DNA of 64,000 nucleotides from Calcarisporiella thermophila CBS 279.70 (Eukaryota > Fungi > Calcarisporiellomycota): contig NW_027192204.1 of assembly GCF_041956535.1 (NCBI RefSeq), forward strand, positions 375,140 to 439,139, written 5' to 3'. Of the stretch, positions 45,454 to 59,181 are shown piece by piece; position 1 is the first letter of the stretch; every line of letters begins with the position of its first letter. The position numbers and the translations under genes were made by a program. The notes under the pieces were generated by a model that saw only the letters and a program-made list of their open reading frames with translations, ran no database searches and had not been told where the DNA came from.

Positions 45454-48171
45454 TTATTCCAATGGGGCCATTGCTACCGCTTGGAAAACTGTGTTTAATG
45501 GTAGATATACGCAGCATAAAAACGGTAGCAACCATGTTCCCAAATCTTCATAATCGCCCAAAAGTTCTTGCATTATTTCATCCGGGGCTCTTCCAGTCAA
45601 CCAGGCTCCACTAGCTAGTAATCCCATTGGTGAAATTGCAAACAAAACTGCCAACTGTGCAAGCCGAAGTACGATATTACTTGAGGGACGTATAAAAGTA
45701 TAGGGTAAAGTGACAAGGATTCCCATGCAGACAGCTAGGCTAAAGTTGATAGCCGAAAGGGTTGAAACCACCATCCCCGTGATAGCAAGAGCAATAGATT
45801 TAAGTATAAGCCAAGGGGGGTGTAGCATCCCAGGCCTATTGGTAAGCAGTTTCACTGAGGCGAGAAGAGAGATCAATTGAATTGAAATAACGGCAATGAG
45901 TTTTGCAAGGAATAACTTAACAATAATCTCTGTGAGATAAGATGTTCATTAACGAATAAATTAAACAAAAGCACATACCTTAAATTGGTTGTCTAAACCT
46001 AGCGCGTTGAACCAGGCAAAATTGGGTCGAATTACGCTAAATATCAACAGCCCTGCGATGTGAGTTGTAAAGAGAACTCCAAAAGTGGGCTTTAGATTCC
46101 GTGGGCGAACTGAGAAAGGGGGAGGCATTTGTAAATCGGATGCAGCTTCATCCTTGTGCGAATCATCTGCCATCGGGCCCTGCCCGGTCCTTCCCCAGAG
46201 GAGCAAGGAGTGAAATATCATACTACAAGCAAACATTATAGCCGGAGGAAGATAATTTGCAATGGAGATGAAACGCTCGGTATTAAGGAGGATATAAAAG
46301 AAAAATGATTGATGGAATCGCTCCAGCAAATTATTCAAGCTGCGGAACGTGGACTCGACGATACTGAATAAAAAAGATGTCATCAATAAGTTTGAAAGGA
46401 TCTTAGTTGAACTCTACTAGCTTGTAAATAAAAAAAAACTCACGTTCCAATGGTATAGAATGAGTATCCAGGATGATGAGGTGATTGCTTAGCAATGCCG
46501 TACAACGTGATGGCGTCAATGCGGTAGCTTCAAATTCAATCAAAATATATCCATTCAATAACTGTGCCGAGTACAGGTGAAAATTGAAAACAATAACTAC
46601 CGTAAAAATGGACCGTGCCCACCAGTGGGTCTTCCTAGTGCCTGGTAACGCATCATGTAGAGGAGATTCTTGAACGATGCCATGTAATCACCAAGGGGAT
46701 CATTATAATAACTATTAGCGTGAATATCGTGAATCATCACAGGCATGCCATATGCGATATTCCCGCACACCCTTGTTACTGTGTTGATAAGGTCGAGGTT
46801 AGGCTGTTGACCATTCACACCCTCTTCGTTCAAAAATAAGAATAGGTTAGTTTTTTTAAATAAAAAAACACCGCTTTTTCGCTTTATGAAACTAACCAAA
46901 AAATATTCCAAGAGCACCAAAATCGTCAGACTCCGGGAAATCAAGGTTGACTGCAGCTTGTATAGCTCCAGAACGCAGCAACGAAGGAGATTCTACGGAT
47001 ATAAGAATAATGTAAAAATTGGATTGGAGTGAAAGAAGTGCAGACAGCAAATTACCATCAGAGCTTAATCCATGATACTGCTCCAACCAATGTTGTACAC
47101 CCGAGTTTTCCCCGTCATATACCAATAAAATAATATCCTTTGCCCAGAAGGTATATTCTATTAGTAAAAAGCTGGGGTAAGATAAAATAAATTATCTCTA
47201 GAAGACGAATAAAGCTTGTATACGTCTAAATAGCCAGGATATTGAAAGAAGAGCGGCTACACCATTGATGTTATCTGAGGAGAGAAAATATGTTATTTTA
47301 CAAATTTAACAACGAAAATATATTGAAAATACAACTTCGTCCATCGCGGGATTTCCACGGTGCACTTAACACAATTGCCTCAGTTCCATCTCCTCTTGGT
47401 GCCCTAAGTATCCCATATGCATTCATCTGAAAAGTAGTCTGAGGGGAGTATTGTCCAAGGAAATAGGTTGATAGGTTGGAATATTAGAATTGTTTAAATA
47501 TTTCAATATCCAACGCAAAAACATACCTTTGCGTTTAAATCTCCATATTTGGAGGATACGGTAAAATTCTGAACTACTGTTTTCAACCCAGCACGTCTTA
47601 ATTCATCCTCAACGAAGGAAGCGCGTCTTTAATAAAACAAAAAATATATCCTATTTTCAATTTTCATTTCCCTATTAGGAATTCAAGTACTTACGAATAA
47701 CTATCCTTCTGAATAATCTCGGTTAATTGACGTTTATATTCAGAGGCTCTAACGGATTCAGAAGGTCCATAATATACATTGACCTATAAGTAGATGAAAA
47801 GTTAGCCAGTAAGTCTAACCAAAAAATTATATATTTTTAGAATACCTGGCCTGGTAAGAGCGCATTTTCTGATACATAGGTTCCACGGCTATAACGATGA
47901 TAAGGAAACAATAAGATCCAGAACAGCGCGATTATAAATAGGATGAAGCTAGGATGAATAAGATGGTTAACATTTAAAGTAACAAGCAACGCGAATAAAA
48001 AATCCGTTGAATTAGCCTAGTGACAGATTAGAGTGATTAATTAGGATGTTAAGTAATTTGAAAATACCTTAGTTTTGGGATCCATTGCTTCAGAAACAGA
48101 AGAATGGCACGGCGCCGCTCTAAGCGCTGTTTAAGTGTTAGCCTTGATTTTAATAAGCGAGCTAAGAGCAT
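45454..48171 (-). CDS. GAA1: GPI transamidase subunit Gaa1/GPAA1
   Basis: TYVSENALLPGQV, ILRAPRGDGTEAIVLSAPW, WAKDIIL, EGVNGQQPNLDLIN, ESTFRSLNNLLERFHQSFFFY, multi-TM C-terminus; many introns. Confidence 0.95.
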
Positions 48172-48365
48172 CGCGAAAAAATTATAGCAGCGATTATTTG
48201 AGTTGGATGTCGCGTAGTTACTATTTTTTGGCCGCCGAAGATATTCGCTAGTTAGAGGAGCCAATAGATAATTTGTGGCTTTTATTCACGATAAACAAGA
48301 TACGTATAAAGTCGGCAATAATACAAACTGCCTCTTAATACAACATTCTTTTCATTATTTAAAAG

Positions 48366-49439
48366 ATGTCTCGTGGAAGAGGTGGCGGCAGAGGCGGTGG
48401 AAGAGGCAGAGGCAGAGGAGGAGGTGGTGGTGGCGGCGGGGGTCCCCAAATACCCACAGAGATGTTTGGCGACATCTCATCCATGTTTCAAACTAAGGAA
48501 CCTCCCGCGCTCTTTCCCGTAATTACTCTCTTTCCATTCGTGAAAATTAAAATTCATTAATATACCCTTTCAATAATTGTGAATAGGAATATGACACACC
48601 CATTCCAAGAAAACTAACATTTGTAGAGAATGAGCAAATACAGTTGATTAGAGCATTTCGTCAGTCTATGAAGACTTCTCAATTTTATCTCGAATCACGA
48701 GCAGTGAAAAAAGGTAGATATATTGCTCAAGCAACTAAATAATATGAAGGAAAAAAAAAATACTCATTATCTTGCAGAATATTACCGATCCATTTTTATT
48801 GACTTATAATCTTTATTTACAGATATTCAGCGATATTCAGATAAATATCGAATATCAGAGCAGAAGAGACCTGCACTACGCACCATAAAAACAGGTAAAT
48901 TTATTTGCTTCTTACTACCATGTCTTTCGGTTGCAGAGGCCTAATGTTTTTTATACATAGATTTGAAATTCTTTCCTGAAGAACTTCATCAGGTAATAAA
49001 TCCAACAAAGGCTAGCAAAGGTAAAAGATGTGCGAATCAATATTTCTATCACACCTAACATTTGAATTGTCCACAGGTCGAAAGCAAGTTAAGGCACAAT
49101 TTGACATTAACGCGCTGGACAACTTGGAACAAGAGGAACAGAAGGGGGCAGAATCAGAAGAGGTAATTAAGATTTACTATTATTATAAAAAATGTCCATA
49201 TTAACATACCTATTTGGTAAATAGAAGGAAGAAGAAGAAGGTAAAGAAGGAGAAGAGGAGGAAGAAGAATATGACGAAGAGGAAATGGAGGAGGAAAACG
49301 ACTATATCGAGTCATACTTTGATAATGGTGAAGGTGATGACATCGATGACGACGATGGTATGGATACAGGTTTAATTAGATGGTAACTTCCATCCCACTC
49401 ATCTTTTTATACTTTATAGGCGAGATGGATTACTTCTAA
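48366..49439 (+). CDS. RPC31: RNA polymerase III subunit C31 (RPC7)
   Basis: RGG-rich N-terminus, PPALFP, DIQRYSDKYR, FFPEEL, acidic tail EEENDYIESYFDNGEGDD; multiple introns. Confidence 0.9.
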
Positions 49440-50916
49440 GATACTGTGAGAATTTGAGACCAAACGATTGTAATTGGCATGTTCAGACGAATGACGAGAG
49501 TTGGCAAACCATACTTGTTTTGTATAAAGGATTTTTTTTTGCATTTGCTATTGTATGAACGATAAAGTGAAAGTAATATAGTAAACCAGAATTAGAACAT
49601 AATGTTGCATAACTACGATAATATTTGTCATGGTGGATAATTTGCCGGGACGCTGATCCGTTTAGAATTAGAATATGAAATATTAATAGAAACGAGTTGA
49701 CTATAGTGATGGAGTGACTGAAAAGATAAACGTACACAATGCAAAAATAGATAAAGTATATTTTCTGCGAGGTTTTCTTTGATGATAGTCTGCGCTCCAG
49801 CTAAAGAGCCACAGAATGAATATATGAGTTTTTTTAGGAAAGATAAGTTAACCGTTTCTACGCATAAATACTTTTTCCATTTGGAAAGCAATTTCTTTGT
49901 TATATTTGCAAGAGATGGTGATATTAAAATAATTGATTGCATTATGAACAAGATTCATTGGTAATGTGGAGAAACGCTGGTTAGCTGTTACGTCTCTTGG
50001 TGGCAAAATACATTTACTTGTTTATAAGCTTGAGGCCACATCATCTCCACTTCAAACGGTAAGCCTCCGTCAGCCTCCGTGAATGATTCTACAAAGTTGC
50101 TGCGAATTAAAAGTAGCCCATGTTTGGCTTTAGCTTTTTTTTTATTTTCCACTAACACTTTCGCACATATTGTTATTGCAACTTGAAGATGGTATTCAAT
50201 TACGTGGTTATCACATTCACTATATGGGTTACTACTAGAGGGGTACCGAAAGGAGAGTCATAAACTGAATAATCATCCGATCGCTTCGTTGACAATCTCT
50301 CGGCAAATTTCCGAGTCACGTGGATTTAATAAGCAATTAATTTGGCATTAGGCATATGCATCATCAGCGCTCTAAGTCCACATGCACCTCTCTATTAGTC
50401 AATACACCCCTATCTCTTAACGACACAAACCAAAAGAATATCACCCTGCATTTCAAATAGTTCATCCAGGCGGACTTGATGGAAGCAATGCTACGAAGGT
50501 CCTGTATCTGGCTTATATTATCGGGTGACACCGCCAGTGATCAAATTAATTCTTGCAAAATGCAGCAAAGCGACTCAAGGGGGAAACGGTGGCTGATAGG
50601 GCTATCTCGGTAACGGATAAATTTCTGGATAACGTTTCAGATAGCTTCTCACATATTTCTTAGGTGGATCAGATTATTAACCGCTTGTGCTCTTTACGGG
50701 AGAATCTTGTCCATTCAAATAGAGTTTCTAGGTAGCGTTGACGTGTTCTCCTTCAATCCATTCTGGGCTGCCGAGCATTAAAATGTGTATATATAGTATT
50801 GTTGATGAGCTCTATTCCAGCTCTAATTCCGACATCATATTTTTTTTTCTCCAACTCGTACGATATTTCTTCTACATACCTTGTAGAGTGCGTGTTTCCT
50901 CACTTTGCCAATTTTC

Positions 50917-53900
50917 ATGTTTGGAAAAAAGAAAAAACGCGACATCCCTACCGACGTCGCCAGCGATGAGAAAGAGAAGCCTTCTGAGAATGCCTTTGAC
51001 CTTATCGACCCCAAAGAAGCACTTATTTTGAAGAAACAAATTGAATCCGAGACCTTTAATGCCTCGTATTTTGGCCTTTATCGTTATGCAAGCACAACTG
51101 ATCAAGTGCTCATGGCAATTGGATTAATTGCTTCCATTGTGCCTGGTGCAGCTCTCCCTTCTTTGAGGTATCAAATGAATATTCTCGCTCCTTATACTTT
51201 GTTTAATATTGATCCTTTGTGCACAATTTTTGAATAGTCTTCTGAATGGTAAAATCGTCGATAGCATGATCGCTTTCATGACCCACAGAATTACCGTTGA
51301 AGAGTTTAAAGCAAGCATGAACGAGATTACTCTCTATTTTGCAAGTATCCGTGTTTTTTTCACGATTTTTTCTGCACGTTGACGTGTACATATCCTAACT
51401 ATTTCCTTCGCATTATCTCATTATGCAGGTTTACATTGCCATTGGTGTGTTCGTATGCAGTTATATTTACATGGCCTTTTGGCTTTACGTTGGCGATCGT
51501 ATTACCCGCAAAGTGCGAGCGAAATATCTTACCAGTGTTCTCCATCAGAATATAGGCTGGTTTGATAAAACTGGAATAGGTGAAGTAACTACCCGCATTA
51601 CCAATGATACCAATCAATTGCAGGACGGAGTGAGCGAAAAACTGCCCATGGTCGTAGAAGGATTTGCTACCTTTATATCGGGCTGGATCTTCGGCTTCAT
51701 TGCAAATTGGAAAGTAACCCTCGTGCTATTATGTGTGTCTCCATTCATCACACTATCTATGGGCTTAATGAACAAGTACGTTTTTTATATGATCTTGTGC
51801 AGTATGGGTTGTATAATTGGTACTATTTCTTTATAGATTTATCATTAAATACGTAATGAGGAGCAACGATAAATTGTCTCAAGCTGGTACGATAGCCGAA
51901 GAAGCAATTTCAGCCTCCAGAACTACCGTTGCATTTGGAGCAGAAGATAAGCTTTCAAATAGATATGAAGCCCTTATCAAGGAATCTTGCAAAGTTGGGA
52001 TAAAGAAAGTATTATCGCTGGGATTTGGCCTTGGCGCAATGATGTTTTTCGTCTATGCTACATACGCAATTGCGTTCTTTTACGGTAATCAGTTATTTCT
52101 CTTCATTAAGCTCGTTTTCTCCAATGGTCAATTTCAATAATCATTTATTTTATTTTTCCACCAATTTTAGGTGGCCAACTTGTCTTCGAAGGAGATACCA
52201 CCCCTGGCAAGTTGACGAATGTTATCTTTGCGATTTTAATGTCAACTTTTTCGCTAAGTATGTCTCGATAAAAATTCTTCAGGTTGATTGTGGGAACGGC
52301 CTTATTGACCATCTCAACAACAACTATTATAGGCCATACTATGCCACAGTTTCGGTTCTTCTCTCTAGCCGTTGCGGCTGGTTCCAAGCTATTTGCAACT
52401 ATCGACCGTACACCTCCCATTAATAGTCTCTCCGAAGAGGGGCGCAAGCCCGACACGGTCGATGGATGCATCGAGTTTAAGAACGTCTCATTCCGCTACC
52501 CAAGTCGGCCGGAGGTACTTGTGCTTGATAACTTCTCGCTGGTCGTCCAACCGAATACTACTGTTGCTCTTGTTGGAGAATCTGGGAGTGGCAAATCAAC
52601 CATCGTGCAATTGGTCGAGCGTTTCTACGATCCAGTCCGTGGATTGGTACAGCTGGATGGGACAGACATTCGCGAGTTAAATGTGAAATGGCTGAGGCAT
52701 CAGATCGGCATAGTTAGTCAAGAGCCAATTCTCTTTAACGCGACTATCGCGGAAAACATCGCCTTTGGACTAGTCGGAGTGGACTGGGAGCGCGATTCAT
52801 ACGAGAAATACATGGACCAAATCATCGAGGCTGCAAAGATGGCGAATGCACACGATTTCATGTAAATATTTCAACGTTTCCAAGTTTAGAATATTAGCTA
52901 TGGTCTGGTTTACATATTTCAATTTAAATTCTCTAAACAGCATGAAACTACCTAAACAGTACAACACAATGGCTGGAGAGCGTGGTTTTCTGTTATCCGG
53001 CGGTCAAAAGCAACGTATTGCCATTGCGCGTGCCATTATCAAGCAGCCGAAAATACTTCTTCTTGATGAGGCTACATCTGCTCTAGATTCTAAAAACGAA
53101 ATCGTCGTCCAACAAGCGCTTGAACGAGCAAGCCAAGGCCGTACCACGATCGTTATTGCCCACCGTCTTTCGACCATTCGCAACGCTGATAAAATCGTGG
53201 TGCTAAGCAAGGGAAAGATCGTTGAGTCTGGGAGCCATGATGAACTGCTAAGTTTCCCAGAAGGTGCCTACACCAAACTAATCAAGGCTCAAGCCATTTC
53301 GGCAAATGACTCGAAGGATGAATTCGATGATGACACTCTCCTAGATCAGTCGGCCACAGCCGATGGTGCTGCTGCAAATCTCCCTCTGTCTAAACAAGCC
53401 TCCGGGGAGGGTGACATTCGACTCCGTCGTTTGGCATCAGCAGGAGCTGTATCGGTGGACTCGGTTAAAACTGGAGGAGATCTGGAGTCTGGAGGCAAGG
53501 ATGCAGAAACCCAACACAAGGTATGGTACCTCATATACCGCTTCCTTGAACTCTCGCGACGGGATACTGTATTCCTTACGGTGGGCTTCCTCATGGCTGT
53601 CCTTAATGGTTGCACGATGCCAGCCTTCTCTATTATCATGGGGAATGTGCTACAAGCCTTCACTGGGGGCCAGACTGAGGGGGTGCGACAGACTGCCTTC
53701 TTTTACGCTGGTATGTTCCTCGTGGCTGCTGTTGCCGTTGCGTTGATCATGTTTTCACAGACTGTGATGCTTGGAATTGTATCTGAGCGCTTGGTGGAGA
53801 CGATTCGAGTCAAAAGTTTACGCAACATCTTGCGCCAGGAGATTGGCTGGTTTGACCACCCTGCGAACAGCACCGGTGCACTAACGGCAAAACTCGCCTC

Positions 53901-55440
53901 GGATGCCACCCATATTGAAGGACTTGCTGGCTCTACCATTGGAACGTAAGTCCTCTCTCTCTACCTAAGTTACATCTCTACTAATGTAGACGTATCAATT
54001 TCAAATTAATCCCTCTGCTTTGTGATCCTTAGCATTATACATTCCCTAGTCACCCTGATTGCTGGATTCATCCTCGGTCTCGTCTTGGGCTGGAAACTTG
54101 CACTGGTTGCCTTTTCCACCGTCCCTCTAATGATTCTCTCTGGCTATGCTCGCACTGCTCTGCTTTACCGGGGACAGGAGAAGATTCGCGATGCATATAC
54201 CTATTCCGCAGAGATTGCGTGCGAAGCTGTGGGTGCCATTCGCACTGTGGCTGGCCTTACCCGTGAAAACGGTGTGATGGGGGTTTTTTACAGTGAATTA
54301 CGCGGGGGATCGAAGATCACGAAATACAATGCTTTTGTTGCGACGCTTCTGTTCGCCGCGTCACAGTGCGTAGTGTTTCTGGCCACAGGCCTAGCCTTTT
54401 GGTATGGAACGAGGCTGGTACGTGTAATCTTTTTCAAGCCCCAGCCCCTGGTCTGGCCTACATTGCTGACATGTTTTATATAGATGGCAGAAGGAGAATA
54501 TGAGCTTCGTACGGTAATGATTGTGTTCATGGCCATTGTGATGGGCGCACAAGGCGCTGGGCGCATGTTTTCGTTTGCTCCTGATGTCGTCAAGGCGCGT
54601 GGTGCCTCCAACACGGTCATCAACCTGCTTGAACGCAAGTCTCTGATCGACGCCCTATCCCCTCTTGGCCACAAATTCACGGAAAAGTCCAAGGGTCATG
54701 TCCGCCTACAAAACGTCACATTCCGTTATCCAACTCGGCCAAACATTACCGTGCTTGATCGCCTGAGCATCGAGGTACAGCCTGGCCAATACGCTGCCCT
54801 CGTCGGCGAATCTGGCTGCGGCAAATCCACCGTCATTAGCTTGCTTGAGCGGTTTTACGATGTCCAGTCTGGTTCCGTGGAGTTGGATGGTCATAACGTG
54901 AAGGACTTGAACCTGGTGTCCCTTCGCAGTCAGATCTCGCTTGTGTCTCAGGAGCCCGCCCTTTATGACATGACGATTCGTGAAAACATCCTTCTCGGGG
55001 CCACCAGCAATTGCACTCAGGAGGAAGTGGAGGAAGCTTGCCGGCAGGCCAATATCCATGACTTTATCACCAGCCTTCCGGATGGCTACAACACGCGCGT
55101 GGGTGGCAAGGGAACACAGCTGTCTGGTGGACAGAAGCAGAGAATTGCGATTGCGCGTGCATTAGTCCGACAGCCGAGTGTACTCTTGCTTGACGAGGCT
55201 ACAAGTGCTCTAGATTCCGAGAGTGAAAAGGTGGTCCAGGCTGCACTTGACGTGGCTGCGCGCGGAAGAACTACCATAGCGGTCGCGCATCGACTCTCCA
55301 CCATCCAACACGCCGATGTCATCTTTGTCATAAAGAATGGGCGGGTGATAGAGCAAGGCACCCATCAGCAGTTGGTTGCCAAGGGAGGTGTCTATAGCAC
55401 CATGGTGAGGGACCAGGTCCTAGGCGGCAACGGTCATTGA
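50917..55440 (+). CDS. MDR1: Full-length ABCB/MDR1 (P-glycoprotein-type) transporter
   Basis: TMD-NBD-TMD-NBD; Walker [10 protein letters not shown] and GESGCGKST, signature [14 protein letters not shown] x2, [11 protein letters not shown] x2. Confidence 0.95.
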
Positions 55441-55934
55441 TGGATTCAATAGGACTCTGTAATCATTTCTCATTTAACCTTTGATATACTCTTTCGCTAG
55501 TTTCATTTGGCAATTTCTAATACTCTTTAATGAAATGTTTATTTAACTATTTATCCCCCAATATGCTTTTGCTTATATTAAACATTCATATCGATAGATA
55601 AACTGGTAGCTTGGCGTAGTATGCATTATAATAAAGAGTTGCGAGCAACTTTCTAGAGGCCCATGGAATTCTTCTATCTAGTTAACTTTGACTTCACTCT
55701 TATGTCTTCCTCCATTATAAACTCAACCTCAAGACCTGATCGCTTACCTCGATTTGCCTGATTAGAATCTTCCGAATACAATTTCCATTTATGCGCACTA
55801 GAGGATCATTCCGGTAATTAAAACTTTTTACGGAACAAAAAGTAGGTTACGTGTTTTTTTTCTTATTTCTTGCTCCATTTTCTCTTCTCGACGCCCAGAG
55901 TCGTTCAGGAAAAACCGATCGTACTACGTTCATC

Positions 55935-56871
55935 ATGGTTGATACACGCCGTAAACGTACATCTAAAGCCTCTACCTCTAGCCCGCCTTCCAATAAGCGC
56001 CCACGCCGGGGCCAGACTGACAAAGCAGAAGACATGGAGGTGGATGGTCCCACCCCCCAAGTTGAGGCTCCGTCTATCGAGCCCACAGTTGTCAGAGTAG
56101 GAAAGCCGCATGGCCCTATGATCGATCTCCCCGCGCCCGCGTTTGAATGTAAAGCATTACTCCCTAGTGGTGAATTTGGAGACATCAAGCTAAAAGATCT
56201 GGAAGGAAAATGGGTGGCCCTGCTGTTTTACGGGCAGGATTTGTATGTATATGCGGTTTTCTCTTGCTTGTCGCTCTCCACACTCCCCTAACGTTGGAGT
56301 CATGTTCCATTGAATTTAGCACGGAAAGTGCAAAGGAAGAGATGGCTGAGTTCTCCTCAAGGGCGGCTGAATTCGAGAAGGCAGGCTGTACGGTGGTTGG
56401 CTGCTCAGCCGATTCCCACTACACGCATTTGGCATGGTATCAGCGCGAGTTGGATGGAAAGCTGAAGTTTCCCCTGCGTAAGTTGGATTTTGGTCAGAAT
56501 CCAAGCTGCAGGCCAAATGACTAACCTCGTCCCCTAACTGGCACTGCTAACCTAGTGGCCGATATAAAACAAGAGGTCAGCCAGAACTACGGCATGGTGG
56601 ATGTTGAGGAGTTCCGAATGACACGGTAAGATTGCGCTTCAGTTAGCGGTGATAGGCAGAGGATACAACTGGAATAATCTGTACGTTGTGTAGAGGCGTG
56701 TTTCTGATCGGACCCGAGCAAAACGTGCGAGGCATCCTACTCCACAATTCTGCCAAAAGAAATGCGGAGGAAGTGTTGCGATTGGTAAGCCAAGTATTTG
56801 TTTTGCAACGGCCTTCATTTTTCTGTTGGTTTTCATTAACGGCCCTTCTCTCTGGATAGATGAAGTCCTAG
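55935..56871 (+). CDS. AhpC/Prx1-fold protein lacking the peroxidatic Cys, with basic N-terminal extension
   Basis: PAPAFEC..IKLKDLEGKWVALLFYGQDFTESAKEEM..GCSADSHYTHLAW..KFPL..RGVFLI..RNAEEVLRL; four introns. Confidence 0.85.
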
Positions 56872-57138
56872 GCCTGATTATTTATTGAAGTTCGAGAAAT
56901 GAGTGGGATAATAAATTGATTTGTTGGTGTGCAGCGTCTTCTGCATAAACCGGTTGGCAAATAACTTGTTATGGATGCACGAAAAAAAAAAAAATAAGAG
57001 GAGTAGGAATAAGAATAAAAGAGTCTCCCCCACTCACCTCAAACTCTATCACTTAGCAACGCTTTCATTCATTCCTTAACGTGAGAATAAGCAGTAGAGG
57101 AAGTTGAATTAGAAGAATAAAAACACCCTCCCCGAATA

Positions 57139-57954
57139 ATGTCCTTCGACCAACGCACCAAACGTCGCAGCTTTCTTCCATCCTCGCGCCATGACATACA
57201 GGACCGCCCCACATGGAAGCGCCATAGCTTTGGCTGCTTCATGCCAACCGATTTCCCGCACCCCGGTCACGTGCATCCCCACCCCTCTCACGCGCACCAG
57301 CAACCTTTCTTCTGGGTGGAGGAGATACCCTCTCGCGCCTCGAAACGTGTATCCACTCCCAAGCTGCCCTCCTACTATTTTGAGGAGAGCGAGGTAAATG
57401 CATGGGAGAAGGATGACGAGCAAAATGAGAAAGTGGAAGAAAGTTGTGAGTTTTGCATGGGCGCTAGACGCGTGTTCGTATGGCTAATCAGGTTCCAACC
57501 TCCTTTCTTTTCACTATAGATGGACAAAATCCCACCACAGTGCTTGAAATCTATGACTTTCCGGCGACATATAAGACACACCATTTGCATAACATCTTTC
57601 GCGAGTATGAGGGGGTCCGTGGTGGCTACCGAATCAAGTGGCTGGAAGACACGCGTGCCTTGATATTGTTTGAGCACCCCGCAACTGGTAATGAAAAGAA
57701 AAGCATACCCTCTCGTTATCTTACCTTCTCTTCTTACGCTTTATGTTGTTTAGCCAAGAAAGCCTACTTGGAAAATGTGAATAACCCTCTTGCCAAAGTC
57801 AAGCCCTACACCGGTACCTTCAAATGTAACCATATCCACCTGTATTTACGTGCTAATTGAGAATTTGGTTAACTCATTTGATTTTTTTTTGCTTCTAGTC
57901 CGAAATAACACTCACCAGGATAGAAATGGTGTTCGTAAAGGGGTTGCGCACTAA
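57139..57954 (+). CDS. R3HCC1-like RRM domain protein
   Basis: VLEIYDFPATYKTHHL..GYRIKWLEDTRALILFEHPATAKKA resembles the C-terminal RRM of R3HCC1/R3HCC1L; three introns. Confidence 0.65.
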
Positions 57955-58188
57955 GCAACTGATATGAACTTTGCCCTCCATTCCTTCCTCTATAGACATC
58001 TTCCTTCATTATAAATACGCAGTTCATTTTTTTTTATTATTATTTTGGCATCACTTTGCAATCGCACCTTTATATTCCGCTTTTTTTTTCTTTGTTGCTA
58101 CAGTCAGTAATAGCTGGAAAAAAAAAAGAATCATTTATTTTTGTAAACATTCATCAATAAATAACATCACAAGAGGTCCAATTGCCTC

Positions 58189-59181
58189 CTATTTCTCATT
58201 CGACTTGATCCAGGGAAGACGATCCAAGTCAACGTTCCCTCCGCTCAATACCAATCCAACGCGGTGGATGCCTTGTAGGGCCAAAAATTCCTTGTTATAG
58301 AGCGCGACCGCAGCAACGGTTGCCGATCCGGGCTCGACGATAATCTTCATTCGTTCCCACAGAAACTTCATGGCCTGAATGATTTGCTCGTCACTCACGG
58401 TGAACACCGCATCGACATTCTCCAAGATCAGGGGGAAAGTTATCTTCCCGGTGCTGGGCAAAAGGCTGTCGGCGACCGTGTTAGGGTTGACAGAAGGGTG
58501 CCAGGTCTTGGAATCGAAAGAACGCTTACAGTCATCAGCCCCCTCGGGCTCAGCAGCGAAGACTTTAATCCCAGGAACAAGACCTTTGGCAGCAATGGCG
58601 CACCCCGAGAGAAGTCCTCCTCCGCCCACGGGAGCAATGATTGCATCCACTTGGTACTGCATTTGTTCGATCAGCTCGAGCGCGGTAGTGCCTTGACCAG
58701 CTATGATGTGTGGGTGATCGAATGGAGGCAAAATCACGCCGCCGAGCTCTGCAGCTAGGCGATTGCATGTCTCCTCTCGTGCTTTTATATTGGGCTCGCA
58801 TTCGACTACGCGTGCTCCGTACCCTCTGATAGCCTCTCTTTTCACGAGGGGAGCATTCTTTGGGACCACGACACAGGAATTGATCCCTCTCTCACGCGCT
58901 GCCAGAGCAAGCGCTTGTCCATGGTTTCCGCTGCTGTGGGTCAATACAAACTTCACTTCCTCGGGCAGTTGCATGACAGCATTGGTCGCGCCTCTAAATT
59001 TGAATGCACCGATCTTTTGGAAATTTTCACATTTGAAAGTGAATTGGCGCGGATTGGGGGCGTGAGTGGAGGCAAAGGAGTCGAAGGTGGAGGAGGTGAG
59101 CGCGGGAGTCTGATGGATGTAAGGTTTGATTCTGTCGTGAGCCGCTTTGATATCGGAAAGGGTAACGGGGGGATTGGCCAT
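58189..59181 (-). CDS. SRY1: Serine racemase / Ser-Thr dehydratase (PLP fold type II), Sry1-like
   Basis: FKCENFQKIGAFKFRGA (PLP Lys), HSSGNH, IAGQGT, GGGGLLSG, SGGNVD; intronless, 330 aa. Confidence 0.88.
   Translation of the reverse strand: MANPPVTLSDIKAAHDRIKPYIHQTPALTSSTFDSFASTHAPNPRQFTFKCENFQKIGAFKFRGATNAVMQLPEEVKFVLTHSSGNHGQALALAARERGINSCVVVPKNAPLVKREAIRGYGARVVECEPNIKAREETCNRLAAELGGVILPPFDHPHIIAGQGTTALELIEQMQYQVDAIIAPVGGGGLLSGCAIAAKGLVPGIKVFAAEPEGADDCKRSFDSKTWHPSVNPNTVADSLLPSTGKITFPLILENVDAVFTVSDEQIIQAMKFLWERMKIIVEPGSATVAAVALYNKEFLALQGIHRVGLVLSGGNVDLDRLPWIKSNEK

Noticed and set aside
56320-56340. AhpC-type selenoprotein
   Set aside because: The peroxidatic position is GCA (Ala), not TGA.
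58189-59181. Intronless serine racemase-like gene as horizontal transfer or retrocopy
   Set aside because: The family is widespread in fungi and other long uninterrupted exons occur in this window; there is no independent evidence.
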